Part shown: piece after piece, positions 12,590 to 24,585 of the stretch | Layout of the letters: the number at the start of each line of letters is the position of its first letter | Position numbering within the stretch: the stretch's first letter is position 1 | Assembly: GCA_028534125.1 (NCBI GenBank) | Contig: CM052832.1 | Span: 24,802,001 to 24,866,000 of the forward strand | Reading direction: 5' to 3' | Source of the DNA: Lama glama | Lineage: Eukaryota | DNA length: 64,000 nucleotides | Notes under the pieces: generated by a model | Told to the model about the DNA's origin: nothing | Database searches by the model: none | What the model saw: the letters and a program-made list of their open reading frames with translations, nothing else | Position numbers and translations under genes: made by a program

Positions 12590-13620
12590 CTATGCCTCCT
12601 TTGGGTTTCTGAATATGAAAATCGGTATCTTTCAACAATTTTAGAAATTCGATCTCTTTGACTCTCTCCTCTGCCTCATTCTCTCTGATAAATAAACTGC
12701 AATTAGATGTCTATCTGACCTCACTCAGTTCTCCATGATTCCTATTAATCTTTCATATTTTTCATCTCTTTGTCTCTCTATGCTGCATTTTGAGCAATTT
12801 CTTTAAATCAATTTTCCTGTTCACTTAATTCTTTCTTAAACTGGGTGAATTTTGCTGTTAGTATGTCTTTTAAGCTTTATGTTTTAATTATTTTATTTTT
12901 ACTAATAAAATGAATTTTTTCCTTTCTCAACCTCCATTTTTATTGTCTCATTTATACTTTTAATCTCTCTTTCATATCTTCAAACAGTTAAATCATAGTT
13001 AATTTTTGGTCTCTGTCCAATCTCTAAAATTTTTGTGGCTTTGATTTTGCTGTGTGTTACTCCTGATGGCTTGCATCTGGTGGTTTATTTCTTTGTTGTG
13101 TGACTATGTGTGTGTGTGTATTTGTGCATTTGCATGTGACTGAAGGTTCATGCTTTATTTGTAGAAATTCTTTGAGGATCAATACATAATTCCTCTGGCT
13201 TATCCAGCAAGTAGTTGTGTTGGCTTTTTCTATTCTAGTGTGGGCATTACCAACCCATGACACTTTAAAATAATTTATTAGCTTGAGGTTTGTAGGACGA
13301 AATAGGCAGGGTGAATTTGGACAGCAAATCTTCAGGAGAGTCATCTTTTGGCTATAAATGTTTGGAGTTGAGTTTTTCTCCCTTCCGCAGAGTTAAGATG
13401 GAAGCTGCCTTTTTCCTCGCTGTCCCCATCTGTGAGGCAGGTTTATTTTTGGTAGACCTTTACAATGAGAGTAGTCCTTTGGCATCCCAGCTTTTTGCAG
13501 GGTCTCCTATTAGATTCCCACCTCGGTGGACCCTTGTCTTTGTCTATGTGTCTCTGCACCCCATGCAGCTGTCAAAGCAGAGGCTTTAAGTGGCCAGGGT
13601 TGGCTCCTGCTCCCAGGGTG
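12590..13620 (-). mobile_element. Old L1 (L1M-type) fragment
   Basis: T-rich, diverged antisense L1-like sequence (ttttcatctctttgtctctctatgctgcattttgagcaatttc). Boundaries approximate. Confidence 0.55.
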
Positions 13621-13643
13621 AACGCCGACTTCCTTCCTTCCAT

Positions 13644-14258
13644 TGTTAGAGCAGGCTGACAGCTAGATATGAGCAGAGAAAGGGGGACGCAGGCCAAACG
13701 GCAGGAATTGAGCAAAAAGGAGGGGCATGGACCAAATACAGGAAACCATACATCACGTAAACAATAGGGGTCCCTGGGCAGAGAAAGAAAAGCAAGAACA
13801 TCTGGGCTGATAAGTGGTCACAAATTTGGGGGTAACAAGTGACCTGGAGGCTGACAAGGAAAAATGGGAAAAGGCAGGAATCTCTGTGTCCGAATGTAAC
13901 CTTTTCCTCATTATGCCCTCATTTGAATAAAATTACCCTTGCAGATCAGAAGTACCCATCATGCACCCATGCCATGACACTTCCGATCCAGACTAAATAA
14001 GGACAAAACTCCCTTCTCCCTTTGGGAAGGTGGAGTTGGGATGAAGATCAGGGACTATGCCCCCAAACTCTTCCCTCCCCAATGAATGTTCCACCCATTC
14101 ATTTTTACACCCTAAGTAACCAACTTGCCAAGGAAACTCAGGGAAGCTGCTCACCTGAACCTGCCCATTCTCTCCTTGACAGTGTACTATCCATCTCTTA
14201 ATAAATCCTCACTTTACTTTCTTAATCTCCCTGTCTCATCCTCTGTGGATGCCTTTCA
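13644..14258 (+). mobile_element. ERV1-class solo LTR (MER87/MER72-like start)
   Basis: TG...CA termini (tgttagagcagg ... gcctttca), AATAAA near 14200, about 615 bp. Target-site duplication not convincing. Confidence 0.7.
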
Positions 14259-15842
14259 TTATTGCCACTTCAGTCATGCATTTTCAATGATTTTTAAAAA
14301 CCTTATCCAGCATTTTTTAGTTGTTTCAGAAGGAAGGTTATCTGGAGTAACTCACCTACAATATTACCAGAAATAGAAGAATCTCTTAGTCATTTCTATT
14401 CTAGCAAATTTTTTGCAGGTTTTCCAGGCTCAGAAAGGGCTGCTACAAAATGAAGACATCTTTCAGAACAGTGAGCCTTGTTCAGAGAACTGACATTTAA
14501 ACTTACACTCCTTGTCCCCTTCATTCGAAGTGTTAACGAGACTGAAATAGACACAATTTTTTGAAAGTTCTTGGCTTTTTGAAGAGTGTTGGTCATTTAA
14601 ATTTCTGCAAAAACAGCAAATATCTCCCGGAGCCTAAGGGCCAGATGAAAGTAGAAGCACTAACCCTATCTTGATGCTGATTTAGATGCTGACAGAAAGC
14701 TGAGTGTGAAATTCAGTTGTGCATCACAAGAATGAAAAATCACTTTACTGAGGTCTCTGAGGAAAATCTGAAAAACCATCTAATAGAGGACAGTCATATC
14801 ACTCATCAAATGGAATTGCTTCAAGAGGGATCATCTTATTAGACTGCTGCCACTGTTGTTTTTTTAAGTCCCTTTGTTTCTTGGGCCCAAAGAGAACAGT
14901 TTAAAGACTTTCCATCTCAGTTACTCAGATAGCCATAGAGAGGTCTATGGTAGTGCAGGAAATAGTCCATGTTTCTGCAGCAAGAGCTGAAAACTAGAGA
15001 TTCCTCAAACAAGGTAAAACACGTTCTAGACCTGCATTAGGTAACAAGCTATAGTTGTCTGCATAAAATAAATGGATCACCCCACTTGAAGGTGTTCTCT
15101 TTCTGACTCATGCCACTGTGAAGATTTTCAGTGACTGGAGCTTTTGACAAGAGTCATTATCCAGTTTTTCCACAGTTTTAAAAAATTATCAATCCTATTT
15201 AGAAAATACGGGTAAGGGATACTTTTGCTTTAAACCTGGTTTGACAAATGCCAACGGGACTGGCCTCTTCAAAGCAGGCTAAATGTGATCACAAAAAAGG
15301 TAGGGAAGGACTGATTAAAAGTAACAAGCCTATCCCAGAGGTGATCACCTGACAAGCCTGGACCGTGGCCCAGGTACACACTGACCCCGCCCTGGTTCTG
15401 TTCTATTCACCTGCTCTTGGCATCCTTGACGATGTGTTCCGTGTTGGCCCAACCTCCAGCATGGAGCCTCTGGCAGTGACTTTACCTGACTTGGCATACA
15501 GTGGGGTGCCCCCCCAAGCATTCCATTGCTGCACTGTCCTCCGGGGAAACAGTTGATGTGGGCTCTACCAATAAAACAAACAAAAAAATTTATCTAGATT
15601 AGCCATGAAATTATATAATTTCCTTTGATGTTCTGAATTCCTAAACATTCTTATCTGATTTTAGGATAAGATTTGATATGACAAATACTTTCTCTGAAGA
15701 CTTTTCAGCCTGTAAGAATGAAGGACAAGTTAAGTTTTGACTGTAAAGAAGAGGCAAAAGCAATTTTCAGTGTAATTTTCCCCTTTGCAAATGGAATGAA
15801 CCTTACTGAAGTCACCTGTTCCCCTTTGCTCCCATTTGCTCT

Positions 15843-16622
15843 TTTTAAAAAATTGTAGTGAAATATACACAACATAAAATGTATGAGTTTAACCATTTTA
15901 AGTGTACAATTCAGTGCCAATGAGTACATTAACATGGTTGTGCATCCATCATGGCTATCTAGTTCCAGAATCCTTTCATCATCCCAAAGTTAAACTCGGT
16001 CCTCATTAAACAATACCTTCCCATTACCTGCTCCCCCAGACCCTGGGGACCATGATTCTGCCTTCTGTCTCTGTGAATTTGACAACTCCAGGTACTCCAC
16101 GTAATGGAATCACATAATATTTGTCCCTCAGTGCCTGGCTTCTTTCCCTTAGCATAACGTTGTCAAGGTTCATCCATGTTGTAGCATATGTCAGAATTTC
16201 ATTCCTTTTTAAGGCTGAATAATATTCCATTGTGTGTCTGTACCACAGTTTGTTTATCCATTCATCTATTGATGGGGATTTGGTTGTTTCTACCTTTTTG
16301 GTTAGTGTGAATCATACCGTTATGAATATTGGTGTGCAAAGATCTGGGTCCCTTTTTTCAATTCTTGTGGGTAAATGCCTGGAAGTGGGATTAGATCATA
16401 TAGAGTAGTTCTATGTTTAATTTTTTGAGGAATCTCCATATTGTTTTCCACAGCGGCTGTACCATTTTACATTCCCACTCGCAATGCATAAGGGGTCCAG
16501 TTTCTCCACATCCCCACCATACTTGTGATTCTCTATTTTTTAAAAATAATAGCCATTTTAATGGGGGTAAAGTGATGTCCCATTACGGTTTTGGTTTGCA
16601 CTTCCCTGACAATTAGTGATGC
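15843..16622 (-). mobile_element. L1 3' end (L1MB/MC-like)
   Basis: Antisense L1 3' region (aaggttcatccatgttgtagcatatgtcagaatttcattcctttttaaggctgaataatattcc). The ORF 16024-16230 (MEYYSALKRNEILTYATTWMNL) is the decayed ORF2 C-terminus. Confidence 0.92.
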
Positions 16623-18049
16623 TGTGGCTCCATCTGCTTTTGTTTATGATGTGTCTCTGTGCGTCTGTCTCGGAAAAGAGACTTACTCACCAGGAGGTGC
16701 CTTTGACCTGGGGAGCAGATGAAGCTCAGTGCTCTCCTGCTTCTTTCCAGGAGGACTGATGCCCTTCAATTATCCTTTGACAGGTTCACAGAGGCAACTC
16801 TGCTTGTAGACACATCATCCCATTCCTTTAATTCCCAAAGAAAACAGTGTACCAGCCATTTTCTGCCCTTTGTTCTTTATCTGTAAGCACCATAATTAGG
16901 GTGGGCATCCACCTGGTTCAGCCAGCATGAAAAACAGCCAGGAGGGCTGACCAGCTTCCCACGACAGGTAGGCAATTAACCCCAGAGCTCAGCTCTGAAG
17001 TGCACACATGTATCACTGTAGAGAAAAGAAGTCCCAGTGTGTCGCAGGCAGTATCGCACAGAGGAGACCAAGCCACCTGGCAGGTTTATGACAAGAACAA
17101 ATGCCTGCATCTGGACTGTGCTCAGGAAAACTGATGAGTCGCAGAACAACGGTGGAGCTGGAGAAATCATTTATTAGTAGAAGATGTGCAAAGCTGGTTA
17201 AAAATAGTTTTGGACATCCAGGGAACCAGAATTTGGGTGGGAGCTTGACAGTTGCCACGTCAGCTTTTTAGAACTTGGTTTCAAAGATGTGTTGCACAGA
17301 GACTTCTTTCCTGTCACAAGTTAGCTCGAGGAGAAATTTCTGAACAGAACTATGATTTGCACTAACCCGAAGACAACCCTTAGTAAGCAGTTAGATTCTC
17401 TTTTGTATGAGCCTTAGCCAGAACTAGAACCTGCCTAATACAATATAAAGTTCAGTATTTTAAAATAATGTACGATCTGAATTACTCAACACTGTGTTTT
17501 AAAATAAGTGAAGTTTAAGCCAGTAATATACACCAACACAGTTTGCAATTTGTACTGTCATTAGTACACTGAAGGCAAATAATGCCACTAAGGAGTGTTT
17601 TACTTTCTTGATAAGTTAAGTAGCCCCTCTAAATCCTTATTCATATTTAATTTGCTAAGCAGTCTGTTTCCTCATAGATGGTACAAAGGTAAAGTTCAGC
17701 TCAGTTCTTGCGTGCATTAGCGGGGTTTAAATTATTGAGATTTTTCTGTGGAGACTGAATCACCATGCTGGGTTGGAATTTCTATTGTGAACATCTAATT
17801 ATCCCAGTTACAAGGATATTGCCTTTAGAATGTTAAATAATACTTACTTCATGGCTTCTTTTACTTTTGTTCAGCAAAAGATTCAAAACTGACTCCATTA
17901 TATTTGGGGTTTGAAGTTATATTTTAAACAATTCATGATTGACAATTTGCCCACCAGGCATCTCTTTTATCTTAAAGTTAGAGGTTTCCCTGAGGCCACA
18001 CAAAAATCATCAAGTGGTGTAAATAGTAATTCAACATTGTATGTGTTTC

Positions 18050-18122
18050 TTTTTTCTCTCTTTCCTCCTTCCCTTTCTCTCTCCCTCTCTCTTTTCTGTC
18101 TGTCTTTCTTTCTTTTTCTTTC
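18050..18122. repeat. CT-rich low-complexity tract
   Basis: Directly visible. Confidence 0.8.
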
Positions 18123-18315
18123 ATCACTTAGCACTCTCAAGTAGGAATAGACCTTGTTTAGTACTGTCTATAAAGGATGCTGCTTTATAGAACAGCCAGC
18201 CTAGAAACCAGAATTTTGGTGGTAATTACTCAGCTAGTAAACAGTAGACCAGAGATTGGAACCAGATATGCTTACTCAGCATCTGGGTTCTTGATCACTC
18301 TTCTCTAACGACCTA

Positions 18316-18458
18316 CAGGACTAGCTATGTAATTTGCAGGGCTCAGTGCAAAAGGAAAATTCAGGATCCGTTGTTCAAGACCTGTTAAAATTTCAAGACA
18401 GCGTGGGGCCTGTGGGGCTGTGACTGCACAGGTTACCTGTTTGGGAAGCCAGCGCAGG
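18316..18458 (-). mobile_element. MER45A (hAT-Tip100)
   Basis: caggactagctatgtaatttgcagggctcagtgcaaaaggaaaat...ttgttcaa...aaatttcaagacagcg...tgactgcacaggtt matches the reversed MER45A. Confidence 0.8.
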
Positions 18459-18549
18459 CCTAACAAGTTTGCACCTGTCGTAGCAGCCAAGGGGCAGGCA
18501 CTGCTTTTTGGCCCCTAGGTGCCCATTTCAAGATGGGTGACATTCATTC

Positions 18550-19079
18550 TGTTACTGACCTTTTGGAGTCAGGCTCCAACAAGAGGTGGTCATCCTGCCC
18601 AGTGTCGTTGGAGAGGATAGAACGAGACCGAGTTTGGTCCAGAAGCAAAGGAAAGCTTTGTTCTTTGATCAAAGAACGAAGAGCTCCAGGAGGTGCCAGC
18701 TCGGGCTCTGGAGAGCGTGTTCTTGCGACAGGCTGTGAGCGGGGCTGCTTTATAGGGAGGGGGGGAGGGGAAGTGGGTGGGGTTCTCGCAGGGCGGGCGG
18801 AGCTGCGCGGCTCAGATCGCACGCAGTGCCCAGCGCAGCGGCTCTGCACGCAGCCCGCCGCCGCCATCTTGGCCTGAGTGTCGGCGCGGCATCTCTGCAC
18901 ACGGCCGAGCTGAGGTGTCCGCCCGCCATTCGGCGCCAGGAACTCTGGTCTGAAGTGCCTGAGGTGAGGCCTCTGCGCATGGCATCCTGTGAGCAAGTGA
19001 AACTAAACGAAGCACAAAGTAAAAAAAAAAAACAAAAAAAACCAACCAAAAAACAGGTGAGACTATATTTTATTACCTA
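18550..19079 (-). mobile_element. Probable CpG-rich ERV solo LTR, family unassigned
   Basis: The minus strand ends ...ggtcagtaaca. Element order is U3 (YY1, GC boxes), TATAAA (18749-54), AACAAA (18657-62), U5. Possible 5-bp flanking repeat cattc/gattc. The 5' end is uncertain. Confidence 0.65.
18700..18980 (-). promoter_or_regulatory. Small CpG-island-like promoter module
   Basis: About 27 CpG in 280 bp counted by eye. YY1 GCCGCCATCTTG at 18860-71, GGGCGGGCGG at 18791-800, TATA on the minus strand. Confidence 0.55.
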
Positions 19080-19144
19080 GATTCTATTTTTATATCCCAG
19101 GAATTTTTAATGGGCTTTGCAGTGACAATTCCAGTTTTAAATTT

Positions 19145-19225
19145 AGAGCTGGAAGGAACATCCGAGATTGGTTCACGGGACTCATTTGACAAGTGAGGAA
19201 ACTGAGCCTCAGAGAGGTGCTGTTT
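19145..19225 (-). mobile_element. MIR fragment
   Basis: ctcatttgacaagtgaggaaactgagcctcagagagg. Confidence 0.65.
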
Positions 19226-19969
19226 ATAAAGAAAAGACTTTCCTCATAAATGAGTTTAAAGGTAAAGCGTGTGCCAGACGCAGCTGCCTTGGTATTTAAA
19301 GCAGAGCCACTAAAAGAGGAATTTTTACTGTAATCAACAGAGTCAGAGTCATTGGTAAGATTTCAAAATACTGGTATTTGTAAGTGAGGTATTAAAAAAA
19401 AAAAACTAAAGAGAACTCAAGAGTACCCTTATGATGATGTTTGTATTCATACACACTTTCTTAAAAATAGTGGAGTGCATCACACTTATAAATATCATTT
19501 GTCTAGTGTGCTTGATGGGAAAAAGAATAATTGCGCCTTACAGATTCAGATAATTGTCCCAGTTTGAAATATGGTCCTTCCTGTCTGAGCCCCTCACAGT
19601 TTTCAGGGTCTGAAATTATACCTCCTCTATCAGGCCTTTGCTTCAGTTTAACTTTCCTTAAATGGTACTTTGCTCAAGGCATAATCTGCAGCTGGGGTAC
19701 TGAAAACTCTTTGGCCTTGGGACCTTAAACATTATTGAGGAGCCTAAAAAGGCTTTGTTTATGTGGGTGCTATCAATATTGATTATTTTGGAAATTAAAA
19801 CAGAACATCTTAAAACACAGCACCACATAAGCACACATTGCGTTAGCCACCAGAGAAATGATGTCATCACCCCATCGTACAGCCCCTGCGAGACGCCGCT
19901 GGACGTGCAGGAGAGAGTGAGAGCAAAAGAGATATGGTAAGTGATATCCTAGTATTACTATAAAACGTT

Positions 19970-21047
19970 ACTTTTACGTTTTTATTGTGTAAAATACACA
20001 CAACCAAAATTGCCATTTTAACCATATTTGGGTGTGCAATTCAGTACATTACTTATATTCACAATATTGTGCAACCATCACCACTACCTAGTTCCAAAAC
20101 CTTTCGCTGCCCCAAACCATGAAGCAATAACTACCCATCCCCATCCCCTCAGCCCCTGGTAACCTCTAATCTACTTTCTGTCTCAATACAAAGAAAAACT
20201 AATACTGTATGATATCATCTATATGTGGAATCTAAAAAAGTACAACAAACTAGTGAATACAACAAAGAGAAGCAGACTCATGGATATAGAGAACAAACTA
20301 GTGGTTACCAGTTGCCAGGGAGGGCAAAATAGGGGTGGGGAAGTAGGAGGTACAAACTATTGGGTGTAAGACAGGCTACAAGGATGTACATTGGGAGTAC
20401 AGCCAATATTTTGTAACAACTTTAAATGGAGTTCAGCCTTTAAAAATTTTACTAAAAATAAGTAAAATAAAAAATAAAAATACTTTGTGTCTCTAAAAAT
20501 TTGTCTATTCTAGATATTTCACATAGATAGAATCATACAATATTTGTTCTTTTGGGTCTGGTTTATGTCACTTAGCATAATGTTTTCAAGGTGTATCCAT
20601 TTATCAGAACTTCATTCCTTTTTATGGCAGAATAATATCCCCTTGTATGTATATACCACATTGAGTTTATCCATTCGTCTGTTGGTAAATACTTGGGTTG
20701 TTTCTACCTTTTGGCTATTGTGAAAAATGCTGCTATGAATTTGACATGCAAGTATCTCTCTGCGTCCCTGTTTTCTGTCCTTGGGGATCTCTGCTTAAGA
20801 GTGGAATTTTGGGGTCATGTGGTAGTTATATGTTTAACCTTTTGAGAAACCACTGAATTGTCTCCATAGAGGCTGCACCACTTACAGTCCCACCAGCAAT
20901 GCATTAGGATTCCAGTCTTTGCACATCCTCACCAGCTCTTATTTTCTGTTTTTTTGATAATAGCCATCATAGTGAGTGTGAAGTGGTACCTCATTGTGGT
21001 TTTGATTTGCATTTCCCTAATGACAATGATGTTGAGCATCTTTTTGC
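19970..21047 (-). mobile_element. L1MB-like 3' end, interrupted by a younger L1
   Basis: Typical antisense L1 (gtgcaaccatcaccact; cccaccagcaatgcattaggattcc; ctcattgtggttttgatttgcatttccctaatgac). Confidence 0.9.
20185..20480 (+). mobile_element. Cetartiodactyl-type L1 3' end with 13-bp target-site duplication
   Basis: atatgtggaatctaaaaaag...agcagactcatggatatagagaacaaactagtggttacc and an A-rich tail. Duplication tactttctgtctc (20172-84) / tactttgtgtctc (20481-93). Confidence 0.9.
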
Positions 21048-21143
21048 GTGGAAATAGTTTTGACCTTGCAGATTCCTGCTGTAGACAGTGCCAGGTCTTA
21101 CAGCATTCCTGCCCCTTCCCAAACTCCCATTGTGTTGCTGCAG

Positions 21144-21273
21144 TAAGTAATGTGATTGTCTTACTCCTTTCTGTTTCATGTAACATCCTGTACCACTACC
21201 TGCATGTGATACATGCACCCCCATATTCTTGATTAATTAACTGCTTACTCAGATTCATTCCTTCTTTTTCACA
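21144..21273 (-). repeat. Inverted duplication, copy B (pairs with 11367-11496)
   Basis: See copy A. Confidence 0.95.
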
Positions 21274-21730
21274 AAGAGAAATGCAGATTTGTTTAGGATG
21301 ATGATGTGCCCAGTATGAAATACTCACCTCCTCAGGGGTCTCTTGCAGCTAGGAGTGGCCATGTGACCCAGAGCTGGTGGCATAATTGAAGTCTAAGGGA
21401 GGGACCTCTAGAAAAGCTTTTGTTTATCGGATAAGAAGGGATAGTTTCAACTGGCATATGCCCTTTCCCTTCTTTCCTTCCCTTTTCTTCCCACTTGGAA
21501 TGGAGACACTATTTCTGTATATGGGGTACCCATCCTGCAACCCTTGGGATGAAAGCACACAGTAAGGACAGTGGAGGAAGAAACTGGAAGGAGCCTGGGC
21601 CCTTGATAACTTCCTCAAATCTCTACCCTGGGCTGCTGACACTTTTGATTCAGCCTGTGAAGCCTGATTTGGCTAAGCCTCTGCAGTTGGCTTTTTGTTA
21701 CCTATGACCCAAAGAGATCCTACTGACATG
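21240..21730 (+). mobile_element. MLT1I/J-like MaLR LTR
   Basis: cttgcagctaggagtggccatgtgaccc...gccatcctgcaacccttgggatg-like...ggaaggagcctgggcccttgat...ttggctttttgttacct...cctactgaca. Confidence 0.75.
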
Positions 21731-23747
21731 TTGTGGAAGCATAAAAGGCCCTGACAGCTGGGAATTTAGAACCAACTGCACCTAAGGAGAGAAAAGGAGG
21801 CAGAGAAGAAGAGAAACTGGGTGTGTTAGAATCAACTGCATGGCCAGACATCTCTGTAGGCAAAACGCAGGGCAGAGACTAGGCTGCCTTTCACCTCCTA
21901 ATAATGCAACTGCCCCTATACCAGTGGGCACCTCCAAGCCTCTTCCTTTAGAGGCTTGGGGCGTGCTGCTTGGATAGTCAGGCGTCCTTGGAGAATAGTT
22001 TAAAACAACGTGAATTTGAGGCTAGTTGACAAAGAAATGCAATCCCTGAATCATTAGCCTAAGCTTCTATCCATGAAGAACGTGGCTTCCCTAGCAGTGA
22101 GAAATGACCTTGGCTGTCCTTGAAGGGTAGGGGCAGAACACTGGGAATAAAAAAACTTTTTGGACATTTGTTCAAACAATGAGGTTCTTAAAATATCTAA
22201 CTCCTTTAAATTTCTTGATTTATTGTGTAATAAAATAAACAGGAAATAAAAGGACTTTACCTTCATGAAAAATCTATTCTTATAGATACTTAGACCCATG
22301 TAGCAAAGTTTGGCTGTTTTGCTCATTAATTCTATGCTGTGGGTGAGTGTTGCCACATATTAGCTTTCTTTTCAGGTCGTTTAAGATTATTGATTCCTCC
22401 TTCTCTAGTGTAGAACTCAGTTCTCTAAGGACTGGTTAGCAAAACATTTCCCACTCACACTGTGCCACTTAAAAATGATTATGCTCAGTGTTTTCAGCTT
22501 AAAGTTTCCCTTCTTGGCGTCCATATGCTAGCAGTTTGTATACCTCTCTTTTATGCTTTAATTTTTTAGGGCCCATTCCGATATGTTTGGCCCTTTTGCT
22601 GATGTTCCCTCTGCCTTCTCTTGGTGGCAAAACAGCAACAGAGTCAAGGGCTACACCAGACAAGCTGCAGAGAGATTTTTTTCAATAGCCAAAAGTTTTT
22701 GGGGAAAATAAAATCACTGAAAGTAATCATGTATTGTCTTTTGGCTCAAAAGTAAAATGCTAAGTTACGCATTAGTTGTTGCATAAATTTGCATATTGAT
22801 ATACACAATCCTAACGACTTTAATAGCATCACAGATTAGCAGAGACAGATGCACACAGACACACACAGGCTGACACTCAGAGACTCCCAACCAGAGTTAA
22901 ACCAAGACTGAGAGGAGGGGATGGTTCCATGAGAACAAGGATGATTGGCAGGGCTTTAAAGGAAAAACAGAGGGCCTGGGGGGACAGAAGTTACTCGCTG
23001 GTTCTCTCTCCCTGGCCAGCAGATCACTGTAAGTATCTAGCCCCAGACGTCCATTCTTGTGTCTTCTCCTTTGAGCTTTAGACTTGGCCCTGAGTAGAAT
23101 GTAGAGGGGGCAGAAGAGATGACTTATAAAGGCTTGGAGTGAATCAGAAGTCCAGGAGTGATTTGAGGCCCAAAGGAGCCTTAAAACTTGTTTTAATAAA
23201 AGGAGATGTGAGCTCCTAAAGGGTGTTTTTTGTTTTGTTTTTGTTCTTTCTCCTAAGGCCTTGAGTAGGGCATCCAAGGGAAAGATCAAACCTTATCTTA
23301 GCTGCCTGCCCACCTAGAACTCTTTGCCACTTGGCCAGCCATGATCAGGTCTTGAATTAAGATTCCACACTGCAGTAGTTTGCAGGCCAAAGCACCAATT
23401 TATTAATTTTCTATGGAATATATTTATGCCATGAAGATCTAGGTGTTTACCATTGAGTAGTACTCTCTCCTAGGAACAAGGCACCTGAGAAAGCTCATTA
23501 AACATTAGGACAAAGGGCAAAGAATTCCTTAAGGAGTATCTTCCATGTGCTTCAAGAGGCAATGTGGCACCACCTCCACAATAATTATGTCCTTGTCAGA
23601 TGGCCTCAGCTCAGTGCTGGAAATATGTTCTCAAATTTTTAGTCTTGGCCTCTCGAGATTGGTTATTCCAACTATCTTTTGGGGTTTTTTGTGTGTGTTT
23701 TTACATTGGTCATTGCAAAATCTTCAACCTCTAATTGCAGTGCACAT

Positions 23748-24580
23748 CTTTCATTCCATAAACATTTATTGAGTTCTTAATACAGGATCAGTGCTACCAT
23801 ATAAGTTAGATACTGCGGCGGAGACAAAGATCAGTAAGACACAGGGCCAGGTCCTGAAAAATCTCACAATGACAAAAGGAGGTTTACACGAATACCCATG
23901 GCTGTACCACAGTGGAGGCAGAGAGAGATTACTTTAGAGAAATATTCAGAAAGTGCTACGAGGATTCAAAGATGAGATATTGAATCTGTTTGCTGAGGTG
24001 GAGGGAGGCTGGTTCATAGGTGAGGTGGCACTTAAGCTCAAGCATAAAGAATGGTATGATTTTAACAAACAGAAATGCTCACATGGGGTGGTAGGGAGGG
24101 AGTTGGGGAGAGAGGAGGGACACCTAGAGGCAGCCCATGCAGAGGACAGGAGATGGTTTGGGGCACAAGCAGCATTTTGCTCAGATATATACCTCATGCT
24201 TAGGCTTGAAGTATAGAGAGTAGTGGGAGACAGAGCAGGGAAGCCTTTTAGGGCCAAAGGGTACACAGCCTTGGTGCCAGGAGCTTCATTCTATGGGCAC
24301 TGGGCACGCCCAGGTTTTTGCAGGACAGGGGGCTGCAATCTGTGGTTCTAAAGATTACTTTGGTCTCAGTGTACACAGTGGACCTGAGAGAAAGCAGTGG
24401 ATGAGGAGGCCAATGTGGAGATTGTGATAGGATTTCAGATCAGAAATAATGAGGAACAAGGAAAGCAGCAGTGGGAATTGCAAAGGTGGAGATGATGGAG
24501 GAGATCTGTGGATACAGAATCTGTACATCTTGGTAACGAGCTGGATTCAATAGGTAGAAGAAGGATTAGTCCAAGATGAC
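23748..24580 (-). mobile_element. L2 LINE
   Basis: Reversed L2 3' tail ttcattccataaacatttattgag followed by a purine-rich, diverged L2 body. Confidence 0.75.
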
Positions 24581-24585
24581 TAACA

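Larger units (their letters stand above)
19690..21088. mobile_element. Charlie1/MER119-like hAT element split by an L1 insertion (arms about 19690-19965 and 21050-21088)
   Basis: Left arm attattgaggagcctaaaaaggctttgtttatgtgggtgctatc...agtattactataaaa continues as gaaatagttttgaccttgcagattcc after the L1. Confidence 0.7.

Noticed and set aside
16024..16616. L1-derived ORFs (also 20929-21232 and 60248-60460)
   Set aside because: Decayed L1 ORF2 tail or antisense L1 translations, not genes.
18544..18996. 150-aa ORF containing AKMAAAG, as a first coding exon
   Set aside because: The apparent Kozak/MAA context is the YY1 motif. GC-rich DNA gives open frames on both strands here, there is no recognisable protein, and the structure is LTR-like.
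11408..21232. Two ORFs sharing the C-terminus LLLSVSCNxLYHYLHVIHAPPYS as paralogous peptides
   Set aside because: The shared tail is only the inverted duplication. The N-terminal parts are antisense MLT2 and L1 sequence.
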